Part shown: piece by piece, positions 1 to 10,921 of the stretch
Numbering within the stretch: the first letter of the stretch is position 1
Layout of the letters: each line of letters starts with the position of its first letter
Source of the DNA: Eledone cirrhosa
Lineage: Eukaryota
Assembly: GCA_964016885.1 (NCBI GenBank)
Contig: OZ024741.1
Location: forward strand, 295,926,001-295,990,000
Length of the DNA: 64,000 nt
Direction: 5' to 3'
Notes under the pieces: model-generated
The model's database searches: none
Told to the model about the DNA's origin: nothing
What the model saw: the letters and a program-made list of their open reading frames with translations, nothing else
Made by a program: the position numbers and the translations under genes

Positions 1-345
1 AACGTTATTCGATGGAGTGAGCAGCTCGGAGATCAGAGAGTCACTCCAGGTAGAGCTGCTACTTCTCCGAATTAAGAGATCACAGCTCCGATACTACGGA
101 CATGTGGTTAGAATGTCTAAGGAAAGAATCGCTAGACAGATTTTACGAGTAAAACCAACCGGCAGGAAACCCAGGGGTAGACCTCGATGAAGATGATTGG
201 ATAACATCCATGAACTTGGCTGGTCTCGCTTGGGGATCCATCCGGATCAGTTGAAAACGGTTGCTTCTGAGAGGACACGCTGGAATGAATGTTTGAGGAC
301 TCTGCCCCTCGACCCTCACAGGAATGGTTGGGCGAAGAAGTTTTG
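1..345 (+). mobile_element. RTE-clade LINE, 3' end of ORF2 (pseudogenised)
   Basis: Frame 2 reads ...EIRESLQVELLLLRIKRSQLRYYGHVVRMSKERIARQILRVKPTGRKPRGRPR*R*LDNI...ASERTRW, matching the RTE C-terminal pattern (QLRW.GHV.RM ... GKR.RGRP..RW.D ... A.DR..W); two in-frame stops. Confidence 0.8.
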
Positions 346-1204
346 TATCGAAGGACGATTTCAGGGGATTTTGAGTCAAAAAAGTAAATAGAAGCAACAG
401 ACTTGGAAAGAATCCTGAAATCTGACCACCGTTTCGAGATAAATTTCAGCTGTAAATACTAAATACTAAATCCTTGCATCAATTGTTCTAAAGTGAGATG
501 TCGAAAGTATTCAGAGATAGCAGTAAACAGTTCAAGTTGTATTGAGTTCCCGAAGATATCCCACGTAACATAACAACTGCTCGATATAAATAACTTAACG
601 AAAATCTAGAAGAGAGACATTTTATTTTTCAGCATCAGAAAATACTTCAACCACACCCCCCAACAATTATTGATCCTCAATAAAGCCCATATGAGATCGA
701 CTTATACAGTGGCGGACTGGGTCTAGAAATATTGGTTGCCAGGAGATGAAGGGGGCCCACCTACATATAGAATGTTATCATTTAATTTTTATAATGAATA
801 AATAACATTTTTATAAAATACATAAGTGGAAACAAAACAGTGCAATCAAATTTTTGCGGAAAAATATCTTACCTTCTCCAATAAAAAATATAATGTATTT
901 TGCGAAATCCAGTGACTTTCAATAATATATGTGTGCGCGCGCGCGCGTGTGTGTATCTATCTATCTATCTATCTATCTCTATATCTATCTATCTATCTAT
1001 CTTGATAGAGTAAGACACGCTTCGCATCGGCTCCGCTATTCCATCGGGATTTACCCTTACTATTGTAAGTACCGGATAAATTTTTTAGTGCAACACATTT
1101 GGAACACTAACCCCTGTTATTTAGGGAAACATTTTTGCATTTACCCCCTTTTTAGGGGGTAAAATAAATATCTATTTTTGCCGAAAAATTTCTTTCTTGG
1201 CAGC

Positions 1205-3040
1205 ATGGCGGAAAAGATGGCAGACATGTCTGCCATTAGCTCTGCCACGCCCCCCAAGTCTGAAGAACAAAAAATAATTACAACAAAATTAGACATTGAA
1301 ACAAACAAACAAAATGAAAAAACAAATGTTAAGGAAAATGAGCAAACAGAAAACAAACAAACAGAAAATAATACAAATAACGACAGGGCAACTTTCGCCC
1401 AGAAAACAAAACAATCCATTACATACACACCAATTGACCTAACTGCCGCCAGAGAAAAACTGGCCGAAGCAAAGAAACACATTGTTTTGGGGGAGAACGG
1501 AATGTTTTCCATTAACTCCCCCCCAGAATTCAAGAAAGCCAGAGCAGAAAACACAGTTCTATACAGAACTATACTGAACCAGACAAGAAAGCCAGCACAG
1601 CCCAGCCAAATGGAAATAGAGTTAGTCCTAAAAGACTATATGAAGAATATTCTCTTCATACGAAAGGACCGACTCTATGGCAGCATTTCGGTCCTAACAA
1701 GAGACAAAGAAACGGCGGAGAAGCTTTCCCTAAGCCCACTCTCGTCGACAACATATAGCTTCTATCCCTCCTACATGGGTAGAAGAACACAGAGAGTAAA
1801 AGTAAAAACAATGCTGCCCACAATGGACTTCTGGTGGGCTATTGCTGGCTTCATTGATATGGGCGAAGACACTATGCTGTCAATGGGGAAGGCAACTGGA
1901 GATGCGTTCCTGGGAATGGGCCTCGACATACTAGTCCAAATGAGGCCCGAAAGAATAGCACAAATCCCGGATCGCATCTGGCTGGATGACCTTACCCCAA
2001 TAGACATAATTGTAGAGGGGAGAAGACCAGCATGCTATTTATGCATGGAAAGGGGACACGTTAAGGCTAACTGCCCGAAACGTATCCCCCAAAAAGGACT
2101 ATTGCCCACACCCACCACAAACAGTACACCAGCACCACCCACCTCCAAAAATACACTAATACCACACACAGCAAACAAAATACAGACACCACCAACCACA
2201 AACACAACACAAACATCACCACCACCAGCACCAAACACAAGCACGACACAAAAATCACCACCACCAACCACAACACAAACATCACCACCACCATCACCAA
2301 CCACAAGCACGACACAAACATTACCACCACCACCACCACAAAACCCATTCCAAACAAATAATAAAAAAAACAGTAACAAATCTACCCCTCCCGCAAAAAA
2401 AAAACAACCACACAACACGTCCCTCCCACCTAGCGCTGAAGAGTTTCCCCCAACTTCTGAAGAAGAAGGAGGAGAAGCCTTCAGACAAGTTAAAAGAAAA
2501 AAAAGAAAACACACACCCAGCACACCACAAATAACCCACACACAAACACCAACTCCAATCAAAAACACCCCACCCTCAACAAACAAAAATAAATCTGCGC
2601 CTCCCCTCTCCGAAACATTGACAGCATCACAAAAAAAGACGTTGCAATACACATATATAAATAAAGAAAACAAAAAACTGGTTAAATTAATAAACAATAA
2701 CCCTATGGTGCAGACCGAAGGGCCAAACTTTATCTCAACAGAGAACTTCACCCATTTAAAAATGATAAAGGTCCCTCTGGACCTTTATCGTTCCTTAAAA
2801 GAACAATTTAGACGGGACGTGAGCCCCCCCTGTTTAAAACCGTTGAATCGCGTCCTCTTGAAAGATTTCCCCATAACCGCCCCTCTCCCTGACACAACTC
2901 CAAATACCCCAACCCCACCACACACGTGTACCCCCACACCACCACAAAGCATCCCTCCACCCAACACACCTGATGCCATGGAAATTACGCAACCCGGAGA
3001 GGTAAGTGCTTTTCTTTCTTCACTTTCAACACCAAAATAG
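1205..3040 (+). CDS. Tx1 ORF1p (gag-like nucleic-acid-binding protein with CCHC knuckle, P/T-rich linker and C-terminal domain)
   Basis: Uninterrupted ORF from ATG 1205; knuckle CYLCMERGHVKANC preceded by IIVEGRRP; homologous to the ORF1 remnants at 26.4-26.7 kb and 40.1-41.9 kb. Confidence 0.85.
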   Translation: MAEKMADMSAISSATPPKSEEQKIITTKLDIETNKQNEKTNVKENEQTENKQTENNTNNDRATFAQKTKQSITYTPIDLTAAREKLAEAKKHIVLGENGMFSINSPPEFKKARAENTVLYRTILNQTRKPAQPSQMEIELVLKDYMKNILFIRKDRLYGSISVLTRDKETAEKLSLSPLSSTTYSFYPSYMGRRTQRVKVKTMLPTMDFWWAIAGFIDMGEDTMLSMGKATGDAFLGMGLDILVQMRPERIAQIPDRIWLDDLTPIDIIVEGRRPACYLCMERGHVKANCPKRIPQKGLLPTPTTNSTPAPPTSKNTLIPHTANKIQTPPTTNTTQTSPPPAPNTSTTQKSPPPTTTQTSPPPSPTTSTTQTLPPPPPQNPFQTNNKKNSNKSTPPAKKKQPHNTSLPPSAEEFPPTSEEEGGEAFRQVKRKKRKHTPSTPQITHTQTPTPIKNTPPSTNKNKSAPPLSETLTASQKKTLQYTYINKENKKLVKLINNNPMVQTEGPNFISTENFTHLKMIKVPLDLYRSLKEQFRRDVSPPCLKPLNRVLLKDFPITAPLPDTTPNTPTPPHTCTPTPPQSIPPPNTPDAMEITQPGEVSAFLSSLSTPK

Positions 3041-6000
3041 ATCAATTGAGAGTTGGCTGTTTGAACGCGCGTGGCCTGGGCTCAGCTTGGAAGCAAGCAA
3101 AGCTTCTAAGTGACCTCAGGTCACAAAGTATAGATGTGATGGTTGTTTGCGAGAGTCGGATCAGCAGCGTGAGACAGCTGGCGCCCGCCTTCGATGACTT
3201 TGAGATGCACGCATCTCTCTGTCAACCCGGAGGCGGGGGGGGGGGAGTTGCCGTACTGCTGGATAAACGTCTGACTCTCGACGTACAGATTGTTCACTCG
3301 GACCCGGGGGGTCGATTACTGGTGCTGGACGTCGGAGGCGGTGAAGGCGGGGCTTTCAGACTGGTCGGTCTTTATGCTCCCTTCGGGGCGGAAAGAGCCG
3401 ACTTCTTCCAACGTCTGGAGACTTTTCTAGGAACGTCGCGTTCCCTGCTTTTAGTGGGGGACTGGAATGGAATCCTAGATGCGCGTTGGGACTATGCAGG
3501 GGCATGTCCCGATAGAGGGGGGTGTAGCAGCCTCAAGGGGTTACTCGATCGATTCGACCTGGTCGATAGATTTCGACTAGATTGTCCAACTGCGCCAACC
3601 TGGACCTGGGCAAACCGCAGTGGACAATCTAGATCGTACCTAGATAGGTTTTTGGTTAGCAGTAAGGATAGGGACGTATTTAGTTGTCCAGAACTGATCA
3701 TGGTTGGCTATTCAGATCACAAATTAGTGACCTGCGTGGTCAACCTTGATAGAACGCATAGACAGGGTCCCGGTTACTGGAAGATGAACTTGTCCTTACC
3801 GACAAAGAAAGATTACAGAAACCGGATTAGTAGCTTAGTTAAGATGCGGTTGACGGGAGCGATCGTCAACAGTAGGTGGTGGATATCTCTAAAGAGAGAG
3901 ATTAGAGTAAGTTCGATAGGTTACAGTAAGGAACTAGCGGCGAATAGAAATAGGAGGGAAAGGGAGTTAACAGATAAACTAGAAGAGGCGATTAGGAGCG
4001 GAGACGTAGCCAGAGTGTTAGCGACGAGAACGGCATTGAGCCAGTTCTTTGACGCGAAGCACGAAGGCTGCGTTGTCCGAAGTAAAATACGTGCTTTAGG
4101 AAACGAGGGGACCAAAGCTGTTAGCTGGGCCCGCGTGACAGAAGCCAAGAGTGGGATTAAATCCACCATTCGGTCTTTGCGAGACCAGGATGGACGGGTG
4201 ATCCTTGAACCTGAGCGAATGTGCGAGACCTTTCAAAGGCACTTTGCTCGACTGTTCGGAGGTGGCGGGGGGCCGGACGGGGATGTGGACTTCGGTCCAT
4301 ACCTCGACGGTCTACCGCGTCTTTCGAGCGGCGAAGCGGAGTGCTGCGAAAGGCCAATCACAGCCACTGAAATCGGGGAAGCGCTCAGCCAATGCAGCAG
4401 ACGCAAATCCCCGGGTCTCGATGGTCTACCATACGAACTTTATTTAGCTATGCCGGTCTTGTTCTCCGAACTCCTCGAGGCTGTCTATTGCAACTGGCAA
4501 CAGAACGGGAGAATTCCCTGTTCTGTGACCAAGGGCGTGGTCACGCTAGTGAGGAAGGACGAGAGCAAGGGGGACGACTTAAGTAACTTTAGGCCCATAA
4601 CTCTGCTGAATGCAGAGTTACAGATTTTGGCCAAGGTGTTGGCGAAGAGGTTGGCGCTTGTGGTGGGTGGTTTGGTGGGAGACGCGCAGACATGCGCTAT
4701 CCCGTCCAGGTCCATTCACGACAACCTCCACCTCATGCGATACATCATAGAGAGGGTTGGCTACGAACCCGGCTTTGGTGGGGCCCTGATCAACTTGGAT
4801 CAATCTAAGGCGTTCGATAGGGTCGACCATGGTTACCTGGATGCGGTGCTAGCGGCGGCGGGCTTCGGACCCGTTTTCAGGGGCTGGATTTCTGCCATGC
4901 ACAGTGGCAACATCTACTCTAGGATTAAAGTAAACGGCTACCTCTCGGAGCCGTTTCAAATCACCCGATCCATCAGACAGGGGTGCCCCCTCTCCTCCCT
5001 TCTGTACGTATTGACTCTCGAGCCACTGCTGCGGAAGTTGGAGTTGCTGCGGGGCATACCCCTGGAACCGGGATTGCACAAAGCGGTCTCGGCCTATGCC
5101 GACGACGTAACAGTAATGGTGGCGGACGCCTCGGAAATCGGGGCGATCGCCACCCTACTGGAGGAATACGAAAGGCTGACGGGGGCTAAGCTGAACCAGG
5201 ACAAGTCAGTCGGTTTGCAACTCGGAACGTGGAGGGGCAAACCGATGCCGTTAGACGATGTCGTCGGGCGGTGGACGGAGGGCCCGGTGAAGCTGCTCGG
5301 GGTCTGGTTCGGACCGGACCTCCAGGTGGAGAAGAATTGGGGCGAGGTGACGAGCAGGGTGTTTGCGCTGACCCAGAAGTGGGCCAAGTGCAAACTATCA
5401 CTGAAAGGTCGGGCGGAGGTGACGAACGCTTACATAGCGTCCGTCATCTACTACCGCCTGACCGTCGTGCCTTGCCCCAAGGAAAAGCTCACCATCATGG
5501 AACGCATGCTCTTCCAGTTCCTCTGGAAGAAGCGGCCTCCCATGGTGAGGAGATCCATCTGCTGCCAGCACCCTTCGAAAGGAGGGCTGGGTATGCCGTG
5601 GCTGTTGATGCGTAGGCACGCATTGAGGCTACGGCATCTACAGGTATTCCTCAACGGTCAGCCGGTGTGGGCCCCGTTTGTGAGGCGAGCCTTCCCACAG
5701 CTCGTCTCGCTCACCGAACTGCAATCCTGGGTGAAGCAAAGACCGAGAAAACTGGGCAACTGGCACACCGAGTGTGCCCAGGCGCTCACGGCTATTTGGC
5801 AAGCGGACCCGACTGTCAGTGGAGAATCCACCTCGACATTCTATAGAGGGTTGGTGGCTAGCAGGGGCGACGACACCCTTGGAGAGTCGCTAGGCATGGA
5901 GGAAGACGAACTGGCCAGCCTGTTCGGTAGAACTTTTGGCCCGGGACCCATGGACAACTTCCAGAGGTCCCTAGCCTGGCAGTGTTACCGGGGGGCTCTG

Positions 6001-6477
6001 CCCGTTCGAGAAAAGCTCTACAGACACGGGCGCCCGGGCAGGGATCCCGCGAAAAAGATCTGTCCCAGATGCGTGCGCGACGAGGAAACCGTTGCGCATG
6101 CACTGGTACACTGCCCGGGCGTTGCCGATCTGTGGGGCTACGTCGAACGACTGCTGTTGCGTGTGGCGCCGATTCGATTAACCGCCGAGTCTGTGGTGAA
6201 CATCAAGCCGCCTCCTCCCTTCAGAAATGAAGCAGAGGCGGTCTTTCTGTGCGTAATAGCCATGATGAAAGAGGTTGTGTGGTGGACGCGCCTGAAAGGT
6301 CTGAGGTCGGGTGACTTTCTCTCCGGCCATCACCTGGTTTACTTCTTCCGATACCACTTCGGAAGAAGAATCAGGATGGAGAGAGAAGTGCTTGGTCCCA
6401 GACAGTTTTATGAAAGGTGGGTGAAAGAAGCGAGAATGGCCCGTGTAAATGGGCCTTCTCTCTACATTGTTCTGTAG
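3037..6477 (+). CDS. Tx1 ORF2p: APE endonuclease, reverse transcriptase, C-terminal Cys/His zinc finger
   Basis: Intact frame of about 1143 aa; motifs LNARGL, VGDWNG, YLDRF, SDHK, KSPGLDGL, FRPITLLN, DQSKAFDRVDH, RQGCPLS, YADD, CPRC-x8-HALVHC. No ATG at the start; ATA at 3037 aligns with the ATG of the 41956 relative. Confidence 0.92.
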   Translation: MDQLRVGCLNARGLGSAWKQAKLLSDLRSQSIDVMVVCESRISSVRQLAPAFDDFEMHASLCQPGGGGGGVAVLLDKRLTLDVQIVHSDPGGRLLVLDVGGGEGGAFRLVGLYAPFGAERADFFQRLETFLGTSRSLLLVGDWNGILDARWDYAGACPDRGGCSSLKGLLDRFDLVDRFRLDCPTAPTWTWANRSGQSRSYLDRFLVSSKDRDVFSCPELIMVGYSDHKLVTCVVNLDRTHRQGPGYWKMNLSLPTKKDYRNRISSLVKMRLTGAIVNSRWWISLKREIRVSSIGYSKELAANRNRRERELTDKLEEAIRSGDVARVLATRTALSQFFDAKHEGCVVRSKIRALGNEGTKAVSWARVTEAKSGIKSTIRSLRDQDGRVILEPERMCETFQRHFARLFGGGGGPDGDVDFGPYLDGLPRLSSGEAECCERPITATEIGEALSQCSRRKSPGLDGLPYELYLAMPVLFSELLEAVYCNWQQNGRIPCSVTKGVVTLVRKDESKGDDLSNFRPITLLNAELQILAKVLAKRLALVVGGLVGDAQTCAIPSRSIHDNLHLMRYIIERVGYEPGFGGALINLDQSKAFDRVDHGYLDAVLAAAGFGPVFRGWISAMHSGNIYSRIKVNGYLSEPFQITRSIRQGCPLSSLLYVLTLEPLLRKLELLRGIPLEPGLHKAVSAYADDVTVMVADASEIGAIATLLEEYERLTGAKLNQDKSVGLQLGTWRGKPMPLDDVVGRWTEGPVKLLGVWFGPDLQVEKNWGEVTSRVFALTQKWAKCKLSLKGRAEVTNAYIASVIYYRLTVVPCPKEKLTIMERMLFQFLWKKRPPMVRRSICCQHPSKGGLGMPWLLMRRHALRLRHLQVFLNGQPVWAPFVRRAFPQLVSLTELQSWVKQRPRKLGNWHTECAQALTAIWQADPTVSGESTSTFYRGLVASRGDDTLGESLGMEEDELASLFGRTFGPGPMDNFQRSLAWQCYRGALPVREKLYRHGRPGRDPAKKICPRCVRDEETVAHALVHCPGVADLWGYVERLLLRVAPIRLTAESVVNIKPPPPFRNEAEAVFLCVIAMMKEVVWWTRLKGLRSGDFLSGHHLVYFFRYHFGRRIRMEREVLGPRQFYERWVKEARMARVNGPSLYIVL

Positions 6478-6755
6478 GTGAAGAAGTGAAGAGGAAAGGG
6501 GGAGCGCCTCCTCTCTGGGCTTCCCCCGCGAAAAGAGTTGCACACTTTTCGGGGGTATGTGCAATCCCCAACACGCCCCCTCCCTTTTGAGGACTTTTAT
6601 TGTTATATTATTATTGTTATTCCTTTTTTCTTTACTCGATTTATGTAAACTCCCCCACTGTGTAAATGTCCCCTTCTTTTGTGCCCTCGTGGCAAATAAA
6701 TAGAAATTTATCTATCTATCTATCTATCTATTTATCTATCTATCTATAAAAAACA

Positions 6756-7429
6756 GATGCGTGTGCGACGAGGAAACCGTTGCACACGCATTGGTACACT
6801 GCTCGGGCGTAGCCGATCTGTGGGGCTATGTCGAACAACTGCTGTCAAGGGTGGGACCGATCCGGTTGACCACCGAGTCTATTGTAATGATCAAGCCGCC
6901 TCCCCCCTTCAAAGATGAAGCAGAGGCGGTGTTTCTGTGCGTAATAGCCATGGCGAAAGAGGTTGTATGGTGGACGCGTCTGAAAGGACTGAGGTCAGGC
7001 ACCTTTCTCTCTGGCCAACAACTGGTCCGTTTCTTCCGATATCATTTCGGAAGAAGGATCAGGATGGAGAGAGAGGTGCTGCACCCCAGCCGTTTCTATG
7101 AAAGATGGGTGAAAGTGGCGAGAATGGCCCGTGTGAATGGGCCTTCACTCTACATCAGACTATAGGTGAGGAAGATGAAAGACCAAGGGAGCACCCCTTC
7201 TCTGTGCTCCTGAGGAGAAGGGTTGCACACTTTTTTCGGGGGTGTGTGCGACCCCCCAAGGCGCCTCCTCTCTATTGAGGATTTTGTTAAAAATTTTATT
7301 TTTTGTTATATCTTATTTTATTTTTATATTTTGTTATTGCCTCCTCCTTATTGAGGACGCCTTTTTGTGTAAACTCCCCCCTTTGTACTTGTCCCACTTT
7401 TGATGCCCTAGTGGCAAATAAAAGAAACA
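6756..7429 (+). mobile_element. 5'-truncated Tx1 copy B with 15-bp target-site duplication
   Basis: ORF2 C-terminus (CDEETVAHALVHC...GPSLYIRL*) plus 3'UTR ending AATAAAAGAAAC; TATCTATAAAAAACA is duplicated at 6741-6755 and 7430-7444. Confidence 0.92.
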
Positions 7430-7519
7430 TATCTATAAAAAACAACCTTCACCACTAATTGATTTGACAGATGTCTTTAATCCATAGATACCTAATAGTA
7501 TTTGGTCAGTAGTTCGTGT

Positions 7520-7740
<221 letters not shown>

Positions 7741-8074
7741 TGTGTTTGCATGCATGAATGAATACACTAAGCTTTAGATTTAATAGAATGTACAACCACT
7801 GATTCCAGCTATTTGCACTATCATATATTTTGGTTTCTCGTACTTCCCTGCGGAATTGGTTGACCAAATGCTTTGCGTAATTGTTTTAAATATTTTTTTT
7901 ATTATTAAATTTATTCTTTCTTTTAGATTTCAGGTATTTTTTGAAAGCAAAGCATTGGCCCCTAAAATACTACAGTAGGCCTCTGCAATGCTACTGTGTG
8001 CCCTTGCAATGCTACCTTGCTATTGCGCAACCTAGCAGCCTGGCCAGTCCGGGTAAGTGGAGCGAGTGGAGGAC

Positions 8075-8670
8075 CTACAAAGTATGTGTGCAAATGCGTC
8101 AAAATGGGCTCCAATGCTGCCATATATGCACTACAATAACGAGATATGTCCGACGAGGTCTCCAAATTCCAGCAGGGCCAATATATCAGTAGTAATGAAG
8201 CACTCTGGTGTATTTTTTGGATTCCCAATTCAGGCCCATGGCACTCTTGGCATCCATTTTGAGAAAGGACAAGGAGTGTATTTTACAGCCCAAAATGCAG
8301 CCCGACAAGCCATAGCACCAAGAAAGATAACTTTGCTAGCATTTTTTAACTGTATAGAACTGACAGATTTGCACGAATTCTACTATACGGACAAATACCG
8401 TTCTACTACAACTTTGATTAGATAAACAGAGAGGAAAATGGTACCGGCGATAACAAGGGAAACCAGTAGAAAACCATCCTGAAATTAGTGGAGCAGCAAC
8501 ACTAGATAGGATTTAAAGAATACATCCAGGACGGTGCGAATGTGTCCTCTTGAGGATGCTGCTTAATAAAGTTAGAGAACCGCAAGGCTTTAATGAACTT
8601 CTTAAAGTGAATGGCGCTGTTTGTAACACCTATCAAGAGGCCTGAATACGGAAAGGTCTGTTGGAAGACC
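8075..8670 (+). mobile_element. Degraded Helitron RepHel fragment
   Basis: Frameshifted translation gives KYVCKCVKMGSNAA ... DEVSKFQQGQYISSNEALWCIF ... IHFEKGQGVYFT ... TLLAFF ... LRMLL.KVREP ... VNG ... TYQEA ... GLLED, matching the Helitron KY..KY..KG / RY.S..EA.WRIF / YLR.LL..V.GP / GLL.D motifs. Confidence 0.8.
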
Positions 8671-8819
8671 GCTAAAAGTATCCGAAATTTGCTCGCGATT
8701 ATATTAAAAAATTGTGATAGCCAATCGGCGCTTAGGGACATTTCCGAGGTCATCAAACACAAAGCGCCATTGAGAAACCCTGACAGAGAAGAAACTATTA
8801 TTGCTGGTACTGGTTTTCA

Positions 8820-8945
8820 GCTGTGTATACTGGAGCAATGTAACATGAAGTGTTTTACTCAAGAAAAACACAAATCCAGTCCAGGAATCGAACCCACGAC
8901 ATTATGATTGTAAGTCCATCACTCTTACCACTTGGCCACGCACCA
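8820..8945 (-). mobile_element. tRNA-derived SINE head
   Basis: Reverse complement GGTGCGTGGCCAAGTGGTAAGAG...GGGTTCGATTCCTGG has A and B boxes, followed by TGTGT..TTGAGTAAAACACTT; a related copy lies at about 59140-59400. Confidence 0.7.
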
Positions 8946-9029
8946 GTCTCATGACAGGCAAGTAAATGAATAACAGAATGAAGGAATATTATAGGAGAGG
9001 TCATTGACTTGTGTAGAGATATTTCTATC

Positions 9030-9350
9030 GTCGACAACATCACCACCACTATCAACATCGCCAACACTAATACCAACAACATCACCACCACTATCAACAT
9101 CGCCAACACTAATACCAACAACATCACCTCCACTATCACTAACAATAACAACATCACCACCAGCATCACCACCAGCCACATCACTAACAACACCAACATC
9201 ACCACTAACAACAACAGCATTACAGCCAGTATCATCACCACCAACAACATCATTACGATCAATATCACTACCTACCAACACCTACAACAACACCATCAAC
9301 ATCACTAACAACGCCGCTAACAATAACAATAACAACAACAACGTGAACTA
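9030..9350. repeat. Degenerate (CAA/CAC/CAT) trinucleotide low-complexity repeat
   Basis: Direct inspection; includes a roughly 42-bp internal duplication. Confidence 0.8.
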
Positions 9351-9485
9351 AGGTCTGATTAATATGAAAATAATGAGGAAGAGGATGATGATGATGGTGG
9401 GAGTGAGGTGGTGGTGGTGGTGATGATGAGGTGGTGGTGGGGGAATAGTAAAACCTAGATGATACAGACATGTATGTACGTACGT

Positions 9486-9613
<128 letters not shown>

Positions 9614-10070
9614 ACGCGCGGGCGTGTGGGTGTGTTTGTGAAAATAAGCGTGTACGATGTATATGTATATGTGGTATGTAATTAAGTATGTATGGATCTT
9701 TGTGTGTGTGTATATATATATAAATATGTACATGTTGGTGTGTGGTTGTGTGTCTGTGCGTACTAGTATAAAAGTACGTACGTACCAATATTGGTATGTG
9801 TTCGTATCTATATTTATGTGCGTTTAAAGATATGTGTCGGTGGTATATATATATAAGATATATATATATGCATGTGTATACATATATATGTATATGTATG
9901 TATATATATATATATGTATATATGTATGTATATATATATATATATATATAGGTGTGTATGTGTGTGTGTGCGTGCGTGCACGCGCATTTGTGTTTGTATC
10001 TGTATATATACACACATATATATATATGTATATATATATATAATGTATAATAAACAATACAATATAATTA

Positions 10071-10138
10071 CCTCATTACCAGAGGTTTCCCGAATAAGAC
10101 GAATACAAGAAACGTCCTCATTCGTTCGTCAGACAAGG
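10071..10138 (-). ncRNA. Type I hammerhead ribozyme with long stem II
   Basis: Minus strand: ccttgt CTGACGA acgaatgaggacg...cgtcttattcgg GAAA cc tct gg TA atgagg; all three stems pair; GUA cleavage triplet. Confidence 0.75.
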
Positions 10139-10621
10139 CAATTTAAAACTGAAATATTTGAAAAATCTCCTCAAGAAAGACAAAAGTTTAACGGGTGAAA
10201 AAAATATATAAATAAAAGTAATGCAAGAGATATATAAAAATAAAATAAGGAAATATAGTAAGGGTATGTGTATAAATGTGTGTAGATGCACCTACAAATG
10301 TACATATGTGTGTATGTACAAATGCATGTGTATTGTGAAAAAATGTGTGCGTGAGTAGATATATGAGGGAAATCATATCAGTGTATGTGTGACCACAAAT
10401 ACGTATATAATATATGTTGAAAAAAGAAATTGTAAGATAATAGAGTTAGCGTACATACAGACTCAGGGGCTAAGGATTGAAATATATACACATACAAGTA
10501 TGAAAGCACGCGTATAAACACACGCGCAACCACATACATGCATGTGATATATACAGGGAAGGGAGTGTATCAGTCAAAGCTGTTTATACACACATGCACA
10601 CACACATGTATATGCATATGT

Positions 10622-10731
<110 letters not shown>

Positions 10732-10885
10732 GCGTGCGTGCGTGTGTGTGTGTGTGTGTGTGCGTGTGCCTGTGTGTGTGTTGAAGAATATGATGATTGT
10801 GTAGGCGGTTGCAGAAGAGTTTCATTTCCCCGCAGCCACCGATCGATGGTTGACATAGCAACATACCTAATATATATACACATAC

Positions 10886-10921
<36 letters not shown>

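Larger units (their letters stand above)
1003..6706 (+). mobile_element. Full-length L1/Tx1-clade non-LTR retrotransposon (copy A) inserted in a (TATC)n microsatellite
   Basis: 5'UTR, ORF1, ORF2 (APE-RT-zinc finger), 3'UTR ending AATAAATAGAAA at 6695-6706; (TATC)n on both sides (954-1002 and 6709-6746). Confidence 0.93.

Noticed and set aside
3002-3040. Mini-intron fusing ORF1 to ORF2
   Set aside because: In copy A the 39-nt intron is very short and gives an immediate stop; an in-frame fusion is possible only in copy E (41918-41969), so it is not consistent between copies.
8870-8945. Functional tRNA gene
   Set aside because: A and B boxes are present but the acceptor and anticodon stems do not pair and the sequence runs into a SINE body.
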